Virus record (IMG/VR): IMGVR_UViG_3300021425_003554
Source of the DNA: a virus
Lineage: Duplodnaviria; Caudoviricetes
Length of the DNA stretch: 64,000 nucleotides
Strand: one strand, 5' to 3'
Both the position numbers and the translations under genes were made by a program. Below are positions 9,001 to 18,000 of this stretch, in pieces. Each line of letters starts with the position of its first letter. The first letter of the stretch is position 1. Below the pieces are notes generated by a model that saw only the letters and a program-made list of their open reading frames with translations, was not told the origin of the DNA and ran no database searches.

Positions 9001-12000
9001 TGTTTTGTTTCCCACGTCAACTGTGTAATCCGTTCCAAGTCTTTTTACCACACCGTTTATAGATACTATAACCGAATCTTGTGTACCCGGATATTGTCCT
9101 ATATCGAATGTGTTTGTTGTTCCGTTCGCGATGTAATTTTTTTGCATCACAAAAGGCACACCTGATTCTGGTGCTGTGTAAACTTTGATGTCTACTGTAT
9201 CAAAAATACTACCTGGTAAATTTTCTTCTGGTGCGTAACTGGTTTCCGGAGTTATGAAAGCATCGCCTTCTAGGATTATGTCACTAGGCGATTGGCCCAA
9301 TACCGATTTTAAATTTCCGCCTGACACTATGCTGTCTAATGTGTCATCGTCTGTGGGAGTTAACACTCCATCCGAATCAAAAGGAATCAACTCGATCAAA
9401 GTATCTGCACTTGCTGGCAAGCCGTCATCGCCTCTAATTGTAAATGATGTTGTTGAACCATCACCTCTGATCACTGTCTTGAATTGTCTCACACGTTTTT
9501 TATTTGCTTGAGCAATAATAGAACCAGTTCCCACTGTGGAATCACTGATGTCAGTGAAATACACCGTGTAGACATCGGTTGGTTTAGGAGCACTTGAAAT
9601 AGTATTAACTTGTTGTATAACAACAATATTTGCACCATTTGCCGGTGCATCTTTGAATACTACGTATGGTGTTGTACCATTAACAGTATAGTTTAATGTA
9701 CTACCATCGATGGATACAGGATCTAATCTAACATTATTAATAAAGATTTTTAAATCATAGATAGTTCTTGGTGCATTAGTTGTTGTACTAGTTGAAAATA
9801 CTTTAGTACTACCATCACCGGTGTGTGTAAATTCTACTTCTTTAGGTTCAAAATTGAATACTATTGTACTGCCATCACCGTAGAATCTAACACTCTGTGC
9901 CAATCCGTAAGTGTCCCAGGTTTGATTATACCAGTCGTCAACGTCCCATCCTTGTGATTTGTCAAATGCTAAACCTGTGACCATCACTCCACCATAATCC
10001 ACTCCAGTCATGACCTGAGATAACTCGTTTCCTGGCATTCCTGATTGTGGTGCGTATAGACCTAATGTTCTTTCTGCCGCTGTGATGTATGATTCATCTC
10101 CTCTGAGTTTTATTAAGTTGTTTAATCCTTCGCTAAATTTTATAGAACTTGTAAAGGCTGTTTCAACTTTGTAAAAATCATTCTCATACCTTAATAGATC
10201 ACCAACAGAATAACTTGTATCCTTGGTCCAAATCAAAACATTTCCTGTTCTTTGTACCCTGTCAAATTTAATTGTTGTTTCTATATCTCTCACTGCATCA
10301 TTTTTTAATACTGCATATGCTTTTGCTGATGATGACGGAGTGTTGTTGTTCGTGCCGCCGCCGGTGATCACCACTGTTGGTGTTGCTGTGTAATTTGATC
10401 CCGGTGTTAAAACATCGATCCTTATCACTTTTCCTCCGGATATGACTGCCCTAGCAGTCGCTTGTAGTGTGTCCGCTGTCGCATATGTGTTGTATAAAGA
10501 ACTCGCTGATGCCTGTGAAACCGATCGACCAGTTTGAGGAATGTAAAATTTTATACCTGGGTATTCCTGGAATGTAAATTCATCACTTAATCCTGTACCA
10601 CCCGATTGTGAGTCTGCTAGATTGGCATCTGCCACCGCGGTATAGGCCGGATAGAAATATCCCGATGTTCCTGATGTTGGTCCTGACAGGCTCAATCCGT
10701 TCACTTGGAAAGGTCCTGTAGTTGTTGTCGCGCCGCCCACCAATGTGATTGTTGGGGCAGTTATATAACCCGAACCGCCATTGATAACTCTTATAGAACT
10801 GACATATTTTTTATAATTGTTTTTCCATTCGTTGTATGGATAAGAATTTAACAATGTCAGATCTGCTTCATTTGTCAATGATAAGTTTCTTATGACAGAA
10901 CCATCATAAATTGCTGGTAAATCAAAGTCGGTATTTGTTCCTTGTTGTGTGTCTAACTTTGTGTAACCCAATTTATATTCTCGAATTTTTGTGTGGAAAG
11001 GTTTGACTTCATTGATGTATGATTCCACATAATTCTCTGTTCCAATTTTGTAAGTTTTTCTTTGATCTAACGGTCTTAAAAAGTTAGTTACATTTATAAA
11101 TGATGTTTTTGCCAACCAATCAACATATATTTGTTCTTCTAAAACTTTTCTTAAACCTATAAAAAATATGTTATTGTACTCAACTAGTAAATCACCTATG
11201 AAAATATCATCTCTCAATGCCTGTAATATTTTTCTTAATTCTATTGTTGGTTCATCGTCAAAGAAGTTTCCATCATATGTGTCCAAACCAGCAAATCCCG
11301 ATGCTTCAACTGTGTAGTCATACAGAGCTCTAGAAAATTGTATTGTTCCGTTTTGGGTGGCGATATTATCCCATCCTGTATTTGTTTTTACAAAAAGTTT
11401 CCATCCTCCGGTATCTGCTAGAGTGACTTTAATAATTTTTCCCACATCTACCGATAGAGTGTCTAATTGATATTGATACGTGACAGTTTGATCAATAATG
11501 CTATCAACCGAATAACCAGAAGCATACCAATCTACATAACTGTAATAGTTGCTTGTTTTATAAGTTTGAACTTTGTTTCTGTTCCACTCAGTTCCCGACC
11601 ATTGATAAACCGCCCAAAGATTTTTACTGTTGACTTCATCGCTTCTTACCAACACATTCAATACTCCGCTGATGTCATTGGTATTGATGTAAGTTAAATC
11701 TGCATATGTATCGACTGCCGTATCCCATTCTCCCGAAGTACTAGTAGGTTCCGGATCTTGCGAATCTAGATTTTTATAATTGATACTGTTGGCAATTTGA
11801 TATTGTGTTAATATTGAATTTGTATATTGTATTATTTCCTGCACAGCATTTAATCTGTTGACATACCAACTTTGTCTAGGTCTTATAGAATTTCCGTATC
11901 TCTGACTCAAAGGTAACGATAGATCAGGAATTTGGTTTCCATAGATATCAGATCCTGTTAAACTATCCCACCATTTTCTTTCAATTTCCTCTGTTGGTCT

Positions 12001-15000
12001 ATCTAATTTATCTCCCTCTTTAAATAGTTTCCATACCGTGTGATTGTCTCCATCATTTAAATTATTTTTATAATTGATGTTCAAGACTGTGTTATTAAGT
12101 ACCAGACTGTTTTTTACGTTCAAAGTAACCAACGAGTTGGAAGAAGTTATTCCAAAATATTTTATTCCAGATGATAAAGGATCTGCTATGACTCTCGAAA
12201 TATATGCTGTTGAATTTTTTCTTTCCGTGACCTGTTTGTTTAACTCTGGTAAAAATACCGAATTCCTTACCCAATAATAATAATAGTTCACAAAAGTTTC
12301 TGACTGAGGATTGTATTTTTGTTTCAAAGTCACACGCTGGTCATTGTTATCTAAAGGCTGTCCTGATATGCCCAATGCCAAGCCTGCTGGTGTGTCTGCT
12401 CTTACAGACCATTCCGATGGTAACAATGTTGACTCTACCCATTCGTAAATATCAATACTGCTGTTCGGAAACATTCTTCCCCAGTTTTTAGATTTATATT
12501 CCTGGCTACCTTGCTCGTACCATATCCATCTTACTTTAGATAAATCCCACCATACTTCGCCTATGTGTTCTTCTCCCCATGCTTGTTTCCTATCAACACT
12601 AATCAATTGTTCTGTTGATTCAATATTATATGTTGCTGGATCCCATTCAGATTTGAAATTTATTTCTCTGTCGGCGACACCTAGAATTCTGCCTTTTACC
12701 GGATCATAGTAATTCAAATAATCAATTATTTTGTTTGTGGAACTATCAAAAATAAAAGACGATTGTATTTTTCTATTATCTATGAGTGTGCTTTCTGTTT
12801 CTAAAACTTTCCAAGCGTAAGATCCCTTGGTTTTATAATCGTAAACTGTTACTGTACCTCTATCAACTTGTACCGTTGAACCATCTGTCGATAATGCATC
12901 ATCATGAGAAGATCCAACCAAAATTACATTGTCGTTTATGACCAATCCACTGCCAAAACGATCATCACTGCTCAATGTTGTGGTCGTTAATTTATCATCA
13001 ATAACAAATTCCGAATCATATTTTGTTGCCGTAAATGTTGCTCCGGATGATCTATTCTTTTCAACGATGGCCGTGTCCTGTAAATCAAATGTAGTTGCAC
13101 CAAAATCAAATTTCATTTCAGTGGGTGTACTAAAACTTTCAGCACCAATCAATAATCGGTCACCTGTTTTATTGATTTTAACAGTTGATCCAAAACTCAC
13201 ATTGTTTATACCTGTGTTAGGCAATTTAATGGTTTGTTTTAAAGTATAAGTTTCTGATGACGACTGATCGTTCCATTTATAATAATAAACTGCGCCTGTG
13301 TTTGCCACAACACCATCGTCTATGCCAGGAGCCGACACAATCAAAGTAGTCCCGTCACTGCTCATCTCCAACGAATCTCCAAATTGAGTATCATTACTGC
13401 TACCGTCAGCACTGACTCCTGTCAATGTTTGTCTATGAATAAATGTATTTTCTGAAGTTCTTTTGAATATTTCAACTTTACCTGCAGTTTCTGGATTTTT
13501 AGATCCTATAGCAATTATGTCGGCATTGTCGTTTACCGCAATACTGTGTCCAAATCTTTGGCCTGCATCGGCATCTGTACTGGTTAATGTTGTTGTTAAT
13601 GTCCATGAGGTGCTGTCATCTGTGTTTTGCCATTTATATAAAAATACTGATCCTGTGTCAAGGTCATGCCCTGGAACAGTTACAAAAAGATATTTAGGAG
13701 TTGTTGATAACGTAGAATTTTCTATCGGTTCTGCCAATGCTGTTGCCCAACCAAAATTCCAATTGGCAATGCTGGTGCTACCTTCTTGCTCCGGTGTTAT
13801 CGTTAATTGTTCTTCGTATACTTTTGTTGTTGTGTTCCAATTATAAATTGATATTAATCCAGCATCATTATAAATGCTACTGTCACTTATGTGTCTAATA
13901 TTGGCTTGTGGTGCACCTGCGACAACAAAGTTCTCATCAGAACTCATAGTTAAACTATCACCCAGCCTTGTGGTATTATCTGCACCTCGTGTCGTTGTAA
14001 AACTACTTGTTAAATTAAACGTCGACGTAGAATTTGATTCTCTTCTCACAAAGAAATTCACAGTACCTTGTCCGGATTGAGGAGCAGACACGGCAATATA
14101 TCTTCCATCTTCACGTGAAACTATTCTGTGGCCGAACTCCTGATTTGCTGACACTGTCGGTGATGATAAAACATTCGAATTGTAAGGATCAGTTTTTTCA
14201 TATATTTTCCATTTTGAATTTTCGTTGTCTACGAATACAATGTCGCCTGATCGTTCGTTTGTCACATCATCGTCTCTGTATTCATCATAAGAGATCAACG
14301 AGTTAACATTGTCCATGCTTGATATTCTGACACTGATAAATTTATAAACAAGTCCAAAAATTGACAACGTTGATTCGTCTGCCAATATATCTGTAGATAT
14401 AAATTGTTCAGGAGTATCGAATGCAAAAGTTAGTTTATTATTTGCTGGAATTGTGGACACAGCATAGATACCATTCATTGTGTCACGTGAACTGTTTTTG
14501 ATGGCCAGTATGTCATTCACGCTAAATGTATGAGTTTTATCAAACGTTATTTCTAATTCTGTATTATCATTGACTGCTCTGACTGCCACTATTTTTAGAT
14601 TTGCGAAAGTAATTCGTTGTACGTCCCAATCGTTGTTTTGTTTTTTCGCTATCCAAACCAAATCATTGTTGTTGATTTGTGTTATATCCAGATTAAAAAG
14701 ATCGTTTATGCTAAAAGCAGTATGTTGCACATCGGACAATCTAGGAAATCCTGCAACTGGAAATTTTTGTACTGTTTTTCTGTCGTAACCTTCTTGATTG
14801 TAATCGAAATAATCAAATGTGTTTGCTACCTCGTACTCTATAGGAGTAGAATAAAACTCATTTCTATTTACTCTGGCAGATTTAGTCCAGTTCAGGTTTT
14901 CTAAACTGTTATTTGTGAACTCTATACTTTGTATGTTATTTTTAAATGTATTTTGTGGCATTGAGATCTGCAAACTTTGTGTCGCATTAAGATTACCAAA

Positions 15001-18000
15001 TTCTCCAGACTTGATCATCCATTCCGGATACACATTTAGATCAATATTTTCATCATAAAACTTCGCCTTTGTTAATTTATTGATTGCGTTTTGTGTACCT
15101 TTTTCTTTGATGAACCCTTGATAAAATTTATATTGTGAGATATCGTTTGTGAATAGATTGTCTAGATACGTTCTTGATTGATATCCTATTAAGTGTTGTG
15201 CCAATCCCTGTTGTGACTCATCAAAATTGTTTGTTTCCAAATTATAGAAGTCGTTAAATTGAGAAATTTTATAATCAAAGTTGGGAATTAATTGTGGAGC
15301 AGGTTTTTCATCTTTTTTGATCCAATACTCTGCTGTGAATTCATTACCTGCATTATGATTGCTCTTGGCAACATAGAAGCCTGCATTGTACTCGACAGTG
15401 TCTCCGATTTGATAATCGGTATTTGCTGTCCACATACTTACATAGGCCTCATCAAAAACAAACCCTGGTGCGTAATAATCTCCATTCCAATTGGCTGTTT
15501 TCCAACCAATTAATTTTAAACGCTGTTGTCGGAAACCTGTTTGTAGTTGAAAAATTATATCAGAAAATACTGTAATGTTATCAAACAACAGTATGTGTTC
15601 TTTCTGAACAGCATTCATAGACACATTGTATATTCCATCTAACGTTCCTTTTGTTGACATTTCAAATGTGTTACCTATACGTTTTGTACTGATAAATGAT
15701 TTTGGTATTTTCTTACCAGCAGAATTCAATACACTGTATTCTCCAGTGGTGTCGTTTAATTTGTTGATTACGCTGTTGTTGGTTTCGAGGCTGAAACCGT
15801 CTGCTCCCGGACTTAATGTGATGGCAGAACCGGGTGCCCATCCTTGCGTGGTCCAATATAAAAATTCTTTTGCCGATAATTCCCAATTGGATATCTCTTT
15901 TAATTCATTTGAAAACTTATCAAAAATAAATCCTCGAGACTCTAAATATTTTCCATATCCTAATAAAAAATCAACAACTTCTTGTTTGTTTTTGAACACT
16001 GTTCCGTAAGGTATGATAGTTTTCTTATTATCGAATATCTGATAGGCAACCACTTGTTCATTTTCAGACGATAATAAATATTTTTTGCCATTTTTTACCG
16101 GAAGAAAAACATCGAAGTACGGTTTGGCAGTATTGTAACCTATAACTTTATACCCCCCTTCGAGTGTGCTTCCGTCAATGCCTGTTGCACTATTGAGTTC
16201 CACAAGAACGCCTGAATAATCATAGGACTCTACCGGATTACTGGATCTAAACAAGAGTTTATAGTTTTCCTCAGGTATAAACTGAGACCCCGCAGTTGAT
16301 CCTGGACTTATACTGTCTGTCAATATTTTTAAATTATCTTTGTCAGTGAATCCTCCTAGTTTGTATCCTAACTGAACATTTAAGTTTTTCATTTTATCAT
16401 AAAAGAACTTTGCAGGGTCTAAATTTTGACTAATCAAATAGTTTACGACAAGAGGTTGATAACCAGCCGTGCTATATCTTGTCGTGGTTCCAGTTATCGT
16501 ATCTGTAATTGTTTCTAAATGATATTTTACATTTTTAAGAGTTTGGATTGTTTCTGTTTCGGAATTATATAAATTACCTTCCACTGTGGTGATTAATCTA
16601 CTGTTGTCTAAATAATTTCCAAAAAATTTAGCAGGTTTTGTCAATGCCAACATTTTTATAATAGAGAAAGGATACTGAGAACTTCTTCTCCATGCTGTTT
16701 CTCCAGGGCCCTGGTCACCAAATTTCCATTTGGAAGTTGTTCCGTTGTAGGTATACCCAGAAACTAATCCTATAGCGACTGGAGATTTTAATGCTCCAGT
16801 ATCATCGACCGGTAGATAATTTAACAAGTTAGATCTAATAAATCGAGCATTCGCGGAACTGTTCGAATTGTCAAACCCGTTTGCTAGGTCGGTCCACAGC
16901 AATGTATTTCCTGATGTATATGGTGCTGGTCCATATGTTTCTTCCCACCACGTAGGTTTTTCACTGTAACCCAACATTTCCCATGGAGCAATATGTGGTC
17001 TATCTGTGTCATAAAATAGTTTGAAAATACCTCTCCAGTGTCCTGGAAGAAATTGTTCATTGATTGTATCTTTCGACTGACTGTAATTCCATGTAAATTG
17101 ATTTGAATTGTCGTAAAAATTATTTTTTTGATAATCAACTGAATTTTTACCTGCCCAAGCAAAAAAATCTCTGCTCATGATATCATTAATTTCTTTTGTG
17201 GTATATTCACTAGTTGACATAAAGGCCGAAGGCCTTACATCTGTTTCTTTAAGTAAATTATTATTGTGATTTATTTTGCAATTATTGTATATTCTTTTTT
17301 CTAGTTCTAGCAAAATATCATCTCTGTAATCATTATAAGCAATAGTTTTTGAACCATCATGTCCCACTATCACATTTTTTGTTTCAATATATGTGTTATC
17401 TTGTATGATCTCTGGTTTGTATTTTGGATACATTCCAAGTTTTGTCGGTGTTGGAGGTATAAAACTTCCTGTTGTATCAGTGTAATCTTTTATTTTGATA
17501 ACATCACCTGTTGAAAGTGTTGTTAAAATTTTAACACTATCGTCGGTTGTGCTGAAAGTGTAGTCTGTTCCCACTAATAATTGTGTATCATTTTTATACA
17601 GATACACTGCCCTATTACTAGTTTTTGAAATATCAAAAAGAGAATCAATGGCGTAATCCACAATTGTGGGATCGTTGACTGTATAAGTTCTTGTTGAAAC
17701 ATTTGCTCCATAACCCACCATGTCCTCATAAAAGAAAGGAAACGAATTGTTTTTTTCGCCGGCCATCCCTTTTAAAATTTCATCTACTCTATCTGCGGCA
17801 TTTTGATTATATGTTGTTCCAACATTGAATGTAAGAAAATTTTCTTTGAAACTTTGATATTCTCGAGAACAATATTCTATGGCTCTGATAGCGTTTGAGT
17901 TTTCGTCTATGAGAGAAAAGACAGCCTGCGGCAAAGGCGATTGGTGTTGGATAATCGATCCTCCCAACGCTCTAAAACCTGGAAGATCTCTAAGATTGCT

